This document shows positions 8,882 through 18,960 of a stretch of DNA of 54,066 nt, in pieces. Within the stretch, counting starts at the first letter, position 1; each line of letters opens with the position of its first letter. The stretch spans positions 1-54,066 of the forward strand of contig JAVBKF010000036.1 of the NCBI GenBank assembly GCA_031554215.1, read 5' to 3'. The DNA comes from Bacillales bacterium (GTDB lineage: Bacteria; Bacillota; Bacilli; JARBTR01). Below the pieces are notes generated by a model. It worked only from the letters and a program-made list of their open reading frames with translations, was not told the origin of the DNA and ran no database searches. A program made the translations under genes and the position numbers.

Positions 8882-9664
8882 TTAAAGGATTAACCACCAA
8901 ACAAAAATCGCTAGTACGAAGCGGTAGATGGCGAATGGTGTTAGCTTGAGCTTCTTCAATATTTTCAGGAATGTCACGATTGAAAATAGGGCAACAATAA
9001 ATGAAACAATGAAGCCGACAGCATACATCTGAAGGTCCTGAGAGTCGAGCGTGCCTGCCACGCCAAGTAAATCGACACCACTTGCGCCCACCATCATTGG
9101 AATGGCGATAATGAAAGTGAAGTCAGCTGCCGTTTTGTGATCGGTACCAGCAAGAATACCACCAGACATCGTAGAACCTGACCGTGAAAATCCTGGAATT
9201 AATGCGAAACATTGAAATAAGCCAATGGTTAGTGCCTGTTTATAGGTAACCTGGTCGAGAGTCGTTGCTGTTGTTTTGATTTGTGGTTTTCTTGATTCTG
9301 CAAAAATCATTAAAATACCGCCCAGTATTAGTGATATTGCAACGGTTTGGACACTAAATAGTGATTTGATGAGGTCATGAAAAATGAGCCCGACAATACT
9401 TGCTGGCAAACAGGCGATGAAGATATGTACAAAATTAAACTTGTCCATTCTGAACTTGAAAAGTGAGAATAGCACGCGCCAATAGTAAACGGCTGCTGCC
9501 AAAATGGCTCCTAGCTGAATAAAGATTTCAAATGTATCCGCCTTTGGTCCTTCAAAATTTAATAGATGTCCGGCTAAGATGAGGTGACCAGTCGATGAAA
9601 CGGGAATAAATTCTGTTAAACCCTCAACGATTCCCATGATAATTGCAATAATAATTGGATCCAT
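8882..9664 (-). CDS. uppP: Undecaprenyl-diphosphate phosphatase
   Basis: 260 aa polytopic membrane protein with the BacA/UppP signature GLTEFIPVSSTGHLIL and a later PGFSRSGSTM motif. Confidence 0.9.
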   Translation of the reverse strand: MDPIIIAIIMGIVEGLTEFIPVSSTGHLILAGHLLNFEGPKADTFEIFIQLGAILAAAVYYWRVLFSLFKFRMDKFNFVHIFIACLPASIVGLIFHDLIKSLFSVQTVAISLILGGILMIFAESRKPQIKTTATTLDQVTYKQALTIGLFQCFALIPGFSRSGSTMSGGILAGTDHKTAADFTFIIAIPMMVGASGVDLLGVAGTLDSQDLQMYAVGFIVSFIVALFSIVTFLKILKKLKLTPFAIYRFVLAIFVWWLIL

Positions 9665-9969
9665 AATTCTCTCCCGTTCAAATAGATAGATTTTTATAAG
9701 GGTATCTTAGAATAGTACCATTAATGCTACATTAAAAAACAAATGGTTAATCATTCGCTGATGACAGAATACGATTGATTAAGATAAAGCTTTCGGCAAC
9801 CAAAACTACTTGTTACTAAAACAACACCTTAATCAATCATACAAAAAAAAAAAGAAAAAGCAATGAAATTTTTGCAAAATTGATTTAGAATGATAGTAGC
9901 GCCCTTTTCATATAATTTGTGGAGTTAGCATATCAAGACCACAAAGTATATGTGAAGGAGTAATACAAT

Positions 9970-11001
9970 TTGCTGAAAAAATGGATTTTTGTAGGCGTTA
10001 TTGCACTATTGATTGTATGCTTGATCCCACATAGTTTACCATTTGTATTTGCTTTTATGACAGCAATTGTGTTTGAGGGTATTGTTAAGCGGTTAATGGG
10101 AAAATTTAAGGTGAACCGGTTATCGGCTATTTGTATCATCATGACCATCTATATGGCGATTATTGGTGGTGCAACCTATTATCTGATAACAGTAGCAGCA
10201 GAGCAGATCATGCTATTTTCTGCGAATGTCCCATCGCTTGCGAGTCAGTTTTATGATACAGTAGTTTTACCGCTATTAAAACAGTGGCAGGAATACACAA
10301 AGGATTTGCCACCAACGGTACAAACGGCTTTTCTTCAAGTGACAAATAGTCTTCCAGCAACAATTAACGGAGCTACTAGGAATTTCGGCGTTGCGCTGTT
10401 TAATATAGTCGCAAACGTTCCGGCTTTTCTGTTAAAGTTATTGATCTATTTAATCGCTGTATTCTTTGTTTGTATGGAATTACCGCAAATTAAGCGTGGA
10501 TTTGAGTCACTCCTTTCAGATAAGACGAAAGAACGTTTGCATCTTGTCATGAAACAGTTGAAAATTGCAACGATTGGCTATCTCAAAACACAGACTATCT
10601 TAAGTACAATGACATTTCTACTCGTCTTTGCTACCTTATATGTGGTTGATGCGCCGTTTAAGCTGTTTCTAGCTTGTCTTATCACGTTCTTTGATATATT
10701 GCCCGTAGTAGGGATTGGTTCGATATTCGTGCCATGGGGCGTTGTCTCTTATATGCTGGGTGACGAGCGAACTGCGGTTATTTTGTTGTTTATGTTCGTG
10801 TTCGTTACGATTGTCCGGCGCATTGTTGAGCCGAAGTTGCTGTCGTTGAACATTGGTATTTCACCACTTGCAGCACTCGTTAGTCTCTACATTGGATTTG
10901 AAATTGTCGGGTTTATCGGTGTGTTTATTGGACCAGGGCTTATTATTATTTTTAATACGCTAGTACGAACAAAAGTGATACGCTTTAATTGGAAGTTCTA
11001 A
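9970..11001 (+). CDS. AI-2E family transporter (YtvI-like sporulation integral membrane protein)
   Basis: 343 aa with about 8 TM segments, and length and pattern typical of the PerM/YtvI family. GAAGGAG lies upstream of the TTG start at 9970. Confidence 0.6.
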   Translation: MLKKWIFVGVIALLIVCLIPHSLPFVFAFMTAIVFEGIVKRLMGKFKVNRLSAICIIMTIYMAIIGGATYYLITVAAEQIMLFSANVPSLASQFYDTVVLPLLKQWQEYTKDLPPTVQTAFLQVTNSLPATINGATRNFGVALFNIVANVPAFLLKLLIYLIAVFFVCMELPQIKRGFESLLSDKTKERLHLVMKQLKIATIGYLKTQTILSTMTFLLVFATLYVVDAPFKLFLACLITFFDILPVVGIGSIFVPWGVVSYMLGDERTAVILLFMFVFVTIVRRIVEPKLLSLNIGISPLAALVSLYIGFEIVGFIGVFIGPGLIIIFNTLVRTKVIRFNWKF

Positions 11002-11188
11002 ATAAGCAGTTAGATTACTTATGAATATATTTTGTTGAAACGGTACGCGGCTTAGGCTGATTTTTAGTGCCTCATCCTATTCTTTTTCGGAATTCCTAAA
11101 GAGAACCCAGTAAGATATACATATTGGTTGTCATGAGGTTTAAAGAAAGTTGCAGCACTTCTATAGATAGGAATTATTGGTGAAGTAA

Positions 11189-12349
11189 ATGAGTGAAAAT
11201 AAAGTAATTTCCAGAATTGATTACGGGCAATTATTTATCGTGTCGTTGCTCGGTTTTATCGGACTAGCAGCCATTTTTAGTGCACAACAAAATTCAGTTT
11301 ATGATATGAACTTTTTTAAAAAACAGGCAGTTTTCTATATTATTGGCTTCTTCATTGCCTTTGTGGTAATGCAGTTTGATGCCGACCAATTACTAAAGGC
11401 ATCCTGGTATTTGTATGGCATTGGTGTGGCCTCATTGGCGTTATTAATTGTTGCGCCGGAAAGTCTGGCGCCAGAGAAGAATGGCGCGCATCTGTGGTTT
11501 GATCTCGGACCCGTCTCGCTACAGCCCTCGGAATTTATGAAGATATTCCTCATTATTGGACTGGCGGCTGTGATTCATAGGCACCATCTTCAATACGAGT
11601 TGAAAACGATGCGCACGGATTTGGCTTTACTTGGTAAGTTGCTCCTTGTGACTGGTGCCCCACTCCTCCTTGTGATTCGTGAGGACCTTGGGACATCGCT
11701 TGTATTTATGGCAATTTTCGCTGGAATGGTACTCGTTTCAGGTATCACATGGCGCTTGCTACTGCCGCTATTCTCAAGTGTGATATTTCTGATTGCTGGC
11801 ATTCTCTTTTTGGTGCTGGAGCATCCAGAGGTGATAGAAAAGTATACAAACGTGAAGCAATACCAATTAGAGCGGATATATTCATGGCGCGATCCATATA
11901 ATACACCATCAAATTCAAGCTACCAATTGATTCGTTCAATTGAAGCAATTGGTTCGGGTGAAGTGACAGGAAAGGGATTTCAGAATAAAGAAGTATTCAT
12001 TCCCGAAGCGCATTCTGATTTTATCTTTGCTGTCATTGGTGAGGAATTTGGTTTCTTAGGTGGTAGTTTTGTCATCATGCTTTACTTTAGCTTGATTTTC
12101 ACATGGACAAGGATAGCACTGGAGACAACATTCGATTTTAACTCCTATATATGTGCTGGCGTGATCAGTATGTTCACTTTTCATGTATTCCAAAATATCG
12201 GTATGTGCATTGGTCTGATGCCGATTACTGGGATTCCGCTACCATTCCTCAGCTATGGGGGGAGTTCATTGTGGGGGAGCATGATGGCGCTTGGACTCAT
12301 TTTTAGTATTCGCTACCATCATAAGGTCTATATGTTCTCGAACCTGTAA
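11189..12349 (+). CDS. rodA: FtsW/RodA/SpoVE (SEDS) family peptidoglycan glycosyltransferase, RodA-like
   Basis: 386 aa, polytopic, with conserved SEDS segments PSEFMKI, HSDFIFAVIGEEFGF and GIPLPFLSYGGSS. Confidence 0.8.
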   Translation: MSENKVISRIDYGQLFIVSLLGFIGLAAIFSAQQNSVYDMNFFKKQAVFYIIGFFIAFVVMQFDADQLLKASWYLYGIGVASLALLIVAPESLAPEKNGAHLWFDLGPVSLQPSEFMKIFLIIGLAAVIHRHHLQYELKTMRTDLALLGKLLLVTGAPLLLVIREDLGTSLVFMAIFAGMVLVSGITWRLLLPLFSSVIFLIAGILFLVLEHPEVIEKYTNVKQYQLERIYSWRDPYNTPSNSSYQLIRSIEAIGSGEVTGKGFQNKEVFIPEAHSDFIFAVIGEEFGFLGGSFVIMLYFSLIFTWTRIALETTFDFNSYICAGVISMFTFHVFQNIGMCIGLMPITGIPLPFLSYGGSSLWGSMMALGLIFSIRYHHKVYMFSNL

Positions 12350-12446
12350 ATGAGGGCTGCTAGCCGCTTTCTAGGCGATATTGAATAAAACAAATACAGA
12401 TGCGGTTACTTGTGAATCGTATCTTTTTTTATAAAAGGAGTAATCA

Positions 12447-13223
12447 ATGACAATTTATCAACATTTTCGGAAAGATGAGCAAAGCTTTATTGATAAAATC
12501 CTCGGGTTTAATGATTGGGTAATAACGAGTTCTCGTCCTAAATTACTCGATTTTCTAACACCAAGAGAGCAAATGATTGTTCAGTCTCTTGTTGCTAGGG
12601 AAGAGCTACTTGTGGCAGTGTTTTATCCAGATAATGACCATGTGGAACGGAAGCGGTGTATCATTGCGCCAAACGTTTATCAACAGTCGGAGCAGGATTT
12701 TGCGGTTGTTGCCTTCCGGTTGGAATATGCAGCGAAGTTTGCTAATTTAACGCATAAGCATGTTCTCGGAACACTGATGTCTCTTGGTGTAGACCGTGGT
12801 AAGTTTGGGGATATTTATGTCCATGATGGAACGATTGATATCATTGCCGTCAAAGAATTTTCTGATTTTGTTGCCGCGAATGTAGACAGGGTAGGGCCGG
12901 CTGCTGTTCGGGTTAGTCCAATTGATTTGGCAGCAGTAAAAGTGGTGGTTGAAGCTTGGCAGGAGCGTGTAATCTTGGTGAGCTCACTCAGACTTGATGC
13001 TTTGATTGCAGAGATACTGAGGGTTTCTCGCCAGAAAAGCCAGCAGATAATTGACAAGGAGAAAGTGAAAGTGAATTGGCAATCCGCCCTCGATAATTCG
13101 TTTGAGGTTGGTGTGGATGATATCCTGTCTATCAGGGGATTCGGCCGCGTCAAGATTTTGCAGATTGATGGTCAAACAAAGAAATTAAAGTGGCGCGTTG
13201 TGATTGGTGAACTGAAAGCCTAA
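12447..13223 (+). CDS. YlmH-family RNA-binding protein with a C-terminal S4 domain
   Basis: The N-terminus IYQHFRKDEQSFIDKI matches the YlmH family. The C-terminal RLDALIAEILRVSRQKSQQIIDKEKVKVNW is an S4 fold. AAAGGAG lies upstream of the start. Confidence 0.75.
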   Translation: MTIYQHFRKDEQSFIDKILGFNDWVITSSRPKLLDFLTPREQMIVQSLVAREELLVAVFYPDNDHVERKRCIIAPNVYQQSEQDFAVVAFRLEYAAKFANLTHKHVLGTLMSLGVDRGKFGDIYVHDGTIDIIAVKEFSDFVAANVDRVGPAAVRVSPIDLAAVKVVVEAWQERVILVSSLRLDALIAEILRVSRQKSQQIIDKEKVKVNWQSALDNSFEVGVDDILSIRGFGRVKILQIDGQTKKLKWRVVIGELKA

Positions 13224-13270
13224 TATGTGTTCTAGAAAATCAGACTGAATGATTGGGTAAGTGGAAATAA

Positions 13271-13311
13271 GAAAAACTCGAAGAATTGCGTAGCAATTTT
13301 CCGAGTTTTTC
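13271..13311. terminator. Bidirectional terminator between the ylmH-like gene and rpsD
   Basis: GAAAAACTCG (13271-13280) / CGAGTTTTTC (13302-13311), a 10 bp stem whose A/T-rich ends serve both strands. Confidence 0.6.
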
Positions 13312-13317
13312 TGTTTA

Positions 13318-13920
13318 TTAACGTGAGTAGAATTCAACGATTAACGATTCGTTAATTTCAAGTGGCATTTCAGAACGTTCAGGTAGTCGGTTGAAAGTAC
13401 CTTCTAGCTTATTCGCATCGAAAGTAAGAAACTCTGGTACGAAAACAGCTAGTTCTAAAGATTCCTTCACAATTGACAAGTTAAGTGATTTCTCACGGAT
13501 ACCGATCACTTGTCCATTTGCTAAACGGTATGAAGGAATATCAACACGACGGCCATTTACAGTGATGTGTCCATGGTTGACTAGCTGACGTGCTTGGCGG
13601 CGCGTACGAGCAAGACCTAAACGATAAACAACGTTGTCGAGTCTTGACTCAAGTAGTGCCATGAAGTTTTCACCGTGCTTGCCAGCCATTTTAGCTGATT
13701 TAGTAAATGTGTTCTTGAATTGACGCTCACTCACACCAAACATGTGGCGAAGCTTTTGCTTTTCATTTAATTGTAGTCCGTACTCAGACATTTTCTTACG
13801 CTGAGTAGGTCCGTGTTGTCCTGGGATGTAAGGACGTCTTGACAATTCTTTTCCTGTGCCGCTAAGAGATAATCCTACTCGGCGGGACAGTTTCCAACTT
13901 GGTCCAGTATAACGAGACAT
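13318..13920 (-). CDS. rpsD: 30S ribosomal protein S4
   Basis: [16 protein letters not shown]... gives 200 aa when started at ATG 13920, which has GGAGGAG upstream. The 24-codon extension in the ORF track is spurious. Confidence 0.95.
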   Translation of the reverse strand: MSRYTGPSWKLSRRVGLSLSGTGKELSRRPYIPGQHGPTQRKKMSEYGLQLNEKQKLRHMFGVSERQFKNTFTKSAKMAGKHGENFMALLESRLDNVVYRLGLARTRRQARQLVNHGHITVNGRRVDIPSYRLANGQVIGIREKSLNLSIVKESLELAVFVPEFLTFDANKLEGTFNRLPERSEMPLEINESLIVEFYSR

Positions 13921-14217
13921 ATAGTGTCTCCTCCTTAGAGTTTTTATTTTTTGCCAGCGACCTATTTTAGAAAATAAGCAACTAAGCGCCACTTTTTGTA
14001 TACCAATAAGGCAGACAAAAAGTGTTGGTAAAATAAAAACGAACGTAACTAGCAGACATCACCATTTCGTTTCATGTATCTTCGCCTTCGCAGCAGCGGG
14101 TTACAGGATACACCATTAGGGACCCCCCTAAGGAACGAACTAGCCAATATTGCCATCACATAGGCTGCGTTATTTTACACAATCTCCATTTTATAATAGT
14201 TTGCATACTAAAGTCAA
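13921..14217 (-). promoter_or_regulatory. rpsD promoter plus a roughly 260 nt leader (candidate S4 autoregulatory target)
   Basis: On the minus strand: TTGACT (reverse complement of 14212-14217), 16 nt spacer, TATAAA (reverse complement of 14190-14195). A long untranslated leader runs to the start codon. S4 autoregulates through its leader in B. subtilis. Confidence 0.35.
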
Positions 14218-14621
14218 TAGGTATTTGTCGAGGGAAAATAGTTCGAGTGCGTGTGTGAGACCTGTTAATAAAGTTGCGTATGGCGCTAACATTTCCACCT
14301 ATTTCAAGAGACCTGGTTAAAAACGATTAGCACATTACTCTAGCTACTTCAGATGTTTCCTGGTTTTTAGGACTGGTAATTGTCACTTTATCTGGTTGCA
14401 AGTATGCTTTAACTGGTATATGCAGACTGTTGTTTTTAAAATTGTAAAAACGTGATGGAAGTCAATTGGGAATAGTGATACAATATCTATGTCCAAATTC
14501 AGCATCAGTAAATCGGTGAATTGAAGCAGTGCAAATAGGTGGTTTCAAAAGTAAAAGATGTTCGGGACGCTTCTTTTAGGCGTAATATAAAAGTGGGGTT
14601 TTCTGGAATAATGAGCAATCT

Positions 14622-15059
14622 TTGTTGCAGTATAAAGGGGGGGTTAAACTGTTTGGTTATTTTAAAAAGTGTTTAAAAAATTATGCGAATTTCGGTGGTA
14701 GGGCTAGAAGAAAAGAGTTTTGGATGTACAGCCTAATAATGTTTATCATCTATTCTATACTAATAACAATTATGTTACTTTCTCTAGGTTTTGCCTTGGT
14801 AGAAAAATCGACTGGTGCGCTTGTAGTGTCTGGCATATTTAGTCTTCTTACGACTATTGTTTTTTTGGCGACGCTTGTTCCTACTTTAGCAGTTACATGG
14901 AGACGATTTCAGGATCAAGACAGACATGGAGCCCTAACAGTCCTTTTTCTTGTTCCGTATATTGGCATTATCATAGTCCTAGTATTTGCTTGCTTGGAAG
15001 GAACTGCAGGCGAAAATAGTTATGGAGAAGATCCAAAAAAAGTAGCAATCACTAGCTGA
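14622..15059 (+). CDS. DUF805 family inner membrane protein (paralogue 1)
   Basis: It carries FKKCLKNYANFGGRARRKEFW, then TM segments, then WRRFQD and GENSYGEDPKK. The position homologous to the paralogue starts is CTG 14649, which follows a G7-containing SD (14634-14643). TTG 14622 has no SD. Confidence 0.75.
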   Translation: MLQYKGGVKLFGYFKKCLKNYANFGGRARRKEFWMYSLIMFIIYSILITIMLLSLGFALVEKSTGALVVSGIFSLLTTIVFLATLVPTLAVTWRRFQDQDRHGALTVLFLVPYIGIIIVLVFACLEGTAGENSYGEDPKKVAITS

Positions 15060-15385
15060 TAGACCTTCGGATAGCCTTTGTCGTATCCCTAGTAAAGTTT
15101 CATCTATATTTGGGTTATTTTTTGAAAAAAGACGAATTTAAAAGATGCATTTGGTCATAAAATGTATGGAAAATCAAGAATGGATCATCTGTGGGAATAA
15201 ACAGGTAAAAATGATAAAACAGGTTGAGAGCATTTCGGGATATTGAAAATTATTTATGTCGCAGTTAAAATCTATGGACAGATAGTTGGTATCATATTTA
15301 CTAGCAAATACTTGCTGGTTATTGTTGCTCACAGCGTTATTTGTAGGTAGTAGATGACTGCAATAGGAAAAGGAGGGGGTTAGAA

Positions 15386-15781
15386 GTGTTTTGGTTTAAA
15401 AAATGTTTGAAAAATTATGCGAACTTCAAGGGAAGAGCAAGAAGAAAAGAATATTGGGTGTTTCACCTAGTCGCTACTATTATCATTTTAGCCTTGCTTT
15501 TGTTGACGTCCATATTTACCTTGCTTAACGCACTTGTGGCACAATTACTATTTTTACTTTTGACAATTGCTTTCATTCTAGCGATGGTCATTCCAGGGTT
15601 GGCAGTCAATTGGAGGAGAATGCATGATATAGATAAGTCTGGATTTTATTTTTTCCTGATCTTTATTCCATTTGTTGGAGGTATGATTAAAGCAATTCTT
15701 GCCGGGATTGAAGGTACTACAGGTGACAATAGGTTTGGTGAAGATCCAATACCTGATTCATTAGCAAGATTTGATTGCTAG
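15386..15781 (+). CDS. DUF805 family inner membrane protein (paralogue 2)
   Basis: GTG start after AAAGGAGGGGG. It has the same N-terminal (FKKCLKNYANFKGRARRKEYW) and C-terminal (WRRMHD, GDNRFGEDP) motifs. Confidence 0.8.
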   Translation: MFWFKKCLKNYANFKGRARRKEYWVFHLVATIIILALLLLTSIFTLLNALVAQLLFLLLTIAFILAMVIPGLAVNWRRMHDIDKSGFYFFLIFIPFVGGMIKAILAGIEGTTGDNRFGEDPIPDSLARFDC

Positions 15782-15787
15782 TTAGTA

Positions 15788-16062
15788 ATGGCGGCTCGAT
15801 ATTTTAAATGTTACAGTTGCTTTTTTTGCTAATCGTATTTGAAATAGCTATGTTTATTCCCGGTTTAGCGATTACGCAGAGACGAATGCATAATGTGGGT
15901 AAACATGTGTATCCCTTAGTCTCTTTGGGGTTATCCCTTTTATTGGTTGGATCAAAGCATTATTTTTACTTGTAAAGAAGGCCTGTAGGTGAAAATAAAT
16001 ATGGAGAAGACCCGAAACAAGGGAAATTGCTTGATTATACTATTTTCCAACGAAAAAATTGA
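15788..16062 (+). pseudogene. Decayed DUF805 paralogue (internal deletion plus at least two frameshifts)
   Basis: Fragments in three frames match the family: ARYFKC, LLFLLIVFEIAMFIPGLAITQRRMHNVGKH, LFGVIPFIGWIKALFLLVKKA and GENKYGEDPKQ. The GRARRKEFW segment and TM1 are missing. Confidence 0.7.
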
Positions 16063-16156
16063 AAAATAGTAATACCTGGTCTCGTAAGCTAGAGAGAAGT
16101 TCCAAGATATGTAGCGCTAAAGTTGTAATAAAAAGTTAAAAGGAGGCGTTTAAAAG

Positions 16157-16546
16157 ATGTTTAAGCATTTTAAAAGGGGCATAGCAAACTATGCAAATTT
16201 CTACGGTAGGGCGAGTAGAAAAGAATTCTGGATGTTCGCTTTGACGTATTTCCTACTTTCGTTTGGGATTCTTATTTTAGCCGGACTGGTTTGGGGACTT
16301 GGTGCTCAAATCTTAGGAGGACTAGTTGCTTTTATCGGTATCATTTTTTTACTAGCATTTATGGTTCCCATGTTTACAATTACCTGGAGACGTGTACAAG
16401 ATGTGGGTCAGCCTGGATCCTATTGTTTTCTCGCTGCCACCCCATTTGTTGGAGGGATCATCATTATCGTTTATGGTTGTCTTAAAGGGGACGAAGGTAG
16501 AAACAAATATGGACATGATCCGAAACAAAGACTGGCATCTAGCTAA
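16157..16546 (+). CDS. DUF805 family inner membrane protein (paralogue 3)
   Basis: ATG after AAAGGAGG. Motifs are ANYANFYGRASRKEFW, WRRVQD and GRNKYGHDPKQ. Confidence 0.8.
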   Translation: MFKHFKRGIANYANFYGRASRKEFWMFALTYFLLSFGILILAGLVWGLGAQILGGLVAFIGIIFLLAFMVPMFTITWRRVQDVGQPGSYCFLAATPFVGGIIIIVYGCLKGDEGRNKYGHDPKQRLASS

Positions 16547-16624
16547 TGGTACTTTTTGAAAAAAATGAATGAATTTCTTTGATAAAGTTTACATGAATGT
16601 TATGCCAAGCAATGCAGCGGTCAG

Positions 16625-16653
16625 TTGACATATTAGTATCAAGATAATAATAT
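16625..16653 (+). promoter_or_regulatory. Candidate sigma-A promoter upstream of asparagine synthase
   Basis: TTGACA (16625-16630), 17 nt spacer, TAATAT (16648-16653). This implies a leader of about 210 nt. Confidence 0.45.
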
Positions 16654-16868
16654 TGATAAAAAAATAGCGATATCATAATTGATAGGGTTATTTTTTTTGC
16701 ATTCATAGTGTTCTTGTGTTTGGTTCACACACATTTTTTCGTAACGTACATTTCGCAAAATCTATTGGGTCAGTCCTTCTCCCCCCCGCATACAATATAA
16801 GGATGCAAGGAGCCAAGTCGTTTGGCATTGGAAATAGTTCCATGTTTATGAGCGAGAGGAAGATGGGT

Positions 16869-18719
16869 TTGTGCGGTATTACAGGTTGGGTTGAATTTGA
16901 TGCTAATATCGAGCGTGATATTGATTTATTGTATAAAATGACCACGACTTTATCAAAGCGTGGGCCAGATGCGACAAATTATTGGTCTAATCGCCATGTA
17001 GGCTTTGGTCACAAGCGATTATCCGTAGTTGACCCAGTTGGCGGGAAGCAGCCAATGGTGCGAATGAAAGACAATCATCGTTATGTACTTAGTTACAATG
17101 GTGAATTGTACAATACAGACGAGATCAGACATGAGCTTGCGCTAAAAGGGTATCAGTTTGAAGGGCATTCGGATACGGAGGTCTTGCTCACAGCTTATAT
17201 CGAATGGCAAGAAAATTGTTTAGCGCGTTTTAATGGCATATTTGCTTTTTCCATTTGGGATGAGAAGCGTAAACGCGTTTTTATAGCACGGGATCGGCTT
17301 GGTGTGAAGCCTCTTTTCTACTCGCATCAGGGGAACCGGTTCTTATTTGGTTCTGAAATGAAAGCGATTTTGGCACATCCCGAAGCAAAAGCAGTCATCA
17401 CGATGACGGGGCTCGCTGAACTGCTCGGGCTAGGGCCTTCAAGAATTCCAGGTAGCGGTGTGTTTAAACAGATGGAGGAACTTCGCCCGGGGCATTATTG
17501 TACATTTTCGCGAAAAGGTTTTACTGTAAAGCGGTATTGGAATGTGGTGAGTAAACCACATACAGAAAATTATGCTGAAACGGTTGAACATGTTCGGTTT
17601 CTGGTAGAAGATGCTGTTAAAAGGCAACTGGTTTCGGATGTTCCGCTTTGTACTTTCTTATCTGGTGGAATTGACTCTAGCGCAATTACCGCGATAGCTG
17701 CAAAGGAATATCATGCAACAGGGAAAAGGCGTTTGCATACGTATTCGGTTGATTATGAGGGAAACAATCAACATTTTGTCGCCAACGACTTTCAGCCAAA
17801 TGCTGATGCTGATTATATTAACTTGGTGAGAAAATCCTACAACACGGAGCATCATAATATCATTGTTGGCCAAGATGCATTGCTTGAGGCATTGAAAGAG
17901 GCGACACTTGTACGTGATCTTCCTGGGATGGCTGATATTGATGCCTCATTATTGTTATTTTGCAAGGAGATTCGCAAGGACTTTGTCGTTGGCTTGTCTG
18001 GTGAGTGTGCTGATGAGGTGTTTGGTGGTTACCCTTGGTTTTATCGTGATGTTGATTTGTCTGCAAAGCACACATTTCCTTGGATTCGCTCGACGGATTT
18101 GCGGAGTGATTTACTGCAAGATGATCTCAGTGCCAAACTAGATATTGAATCATTTGTATCGAGTCGGTATCTGGATATGGTCAGCGAGACACCGCTGTTA
18201 GACGGTGAAAGTAAACTGGAATCAGAACGGCGTCAATTATTTTATATGTGTATGAACTGGTTTATGGCAACATTACTGGATCGTAAGGACCGCATGAGCA
18301 TGGCAGCAAGCATTGAGGTGAGGGTACCATTTTCGGATCACCGTATTGTCGAATATGCGTGGAATATTCCTTGGGAAATGAAAATGTCGAATGGACGTGA
18401 AAAAGGGATTTTGCGGGATGCTGTGTCACATTTATTACCACAACAAATTGTCCAGAGAAAGAAAAGCCCCTATCCGAAAACACATCATCCACGTTACACG
18501 GAAATAGTGAAAGCGGAAATACAAGCGATTTTAAGACAGCGAGATTCCGTGCTACACACACTTTTTGCGAAAGAAAAGCTAAACGCGCTTGTAGAATCTG
18601 GTGGTGCGGCGTTATCGAAACCTTGGTTTGGTCAACTAATGACTGGTCCTCAATTATTGGCGTATTTTATTCAGATTCATTACTGGTTTGAACAAAAGCG
18701 GATTCATATTGAAGGCTGA
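16869..18719 (+). CDS. asnB: Asparagine synthase (glutamine-hydrolysing)
   Basis: Class II (Ntn) amidotransferases need Cys directly after the initiator. TTG 16869 gives (M)CGITGWVEF and sits 8 nt after AGGA (16857-16860). The SGGIDSS PP-loop motif is present. The product is 616 aa. Confidence 0.9.
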   Translation: MCGITGWVEFDANIERDIDLLYKMTTTLSKRGPDATNYWSNRHVGFGHKRLSVVDPVGGKQPMVRMKDNHRYVLSYNGELYNTDEIRHELALKGYQFEGHSDTEVLLTAYIEWQENCLARFNGIFAFSIWDEKRKRVFIARDRLGVKPLFYSHQGNRFLFGSEMKAILAHPEAKAVITMTGLAELLGLGPSRIPGSGVFKQMEELRPGHYCTFSRKGFTVKRYWNVVSKPHTENYAETVEHVRFLVEDAVKRQLVSDVPLCTFLSGGIDSSAITAIAAKEYHATGKRRLHTYSVDYEGNNQHFVANDFQPNADADYINLVRKSYNTEHHNIIVGQDALLEALKEATLVRDLPGMADIDASLLLFCKEIRKDFVVGLSGECADEVFGGYPWFYRDVDLSAKHTFPWIRSTDLRSDLLQDDLSAKLDIESFVSSRYLDMVSETPLLDGESKLESERRQLFYMCMNWFMATLLDRKDRMSMAASIEVRVPFSDHRIVEYAWNIPWEMKMSNGREKGILRDAVSHLLPQQIVQRKKSPYPKTHHPRYTEIVKAEIQAILRQRDSVLHTLFAKEKLNALVESGGAALSKPWFGQLMTGPQLLAYFIQIHYWFEQKRIHIEG

Positions 18720-18767
18720 AATACGTATGTACACAGGCAATTCATGTACTTTTGAAATGAAAATACT

Positions 18768-18788
18768 AGGGCTTAATGCCCTTTTTTG
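18768..18788 (+). terminator. Rho-independent terminator after asnB
   Basis: AGGGC-ttaat-GCCCT followed by TTTTTT. Confidence 0.6.
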
Positions 18789-18960
18789 TTGTGAAAAAAC
18801 AGGAGGACTGTGTTCTACATTGTCAGTAGTGGAACAGTAACTGATTTTCTGACAATTGCACAGCAATAAGCAAGATGCGTGTTTTTTGGGGGCGACGCTG
18901 GTATGATATAGCCATCGTTCTATAGAAATCAAATACAACCTTACGCCGAAAGGACAAACA

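Noticed and set aside
14359-14416. Four CTGGT pentamers spaced 14-20 bp apart upstream of the first DUF805 gene
   Set aside because: The motif is short, the spacing is irregular, and this is easily a chance occurrence in 54 kb.
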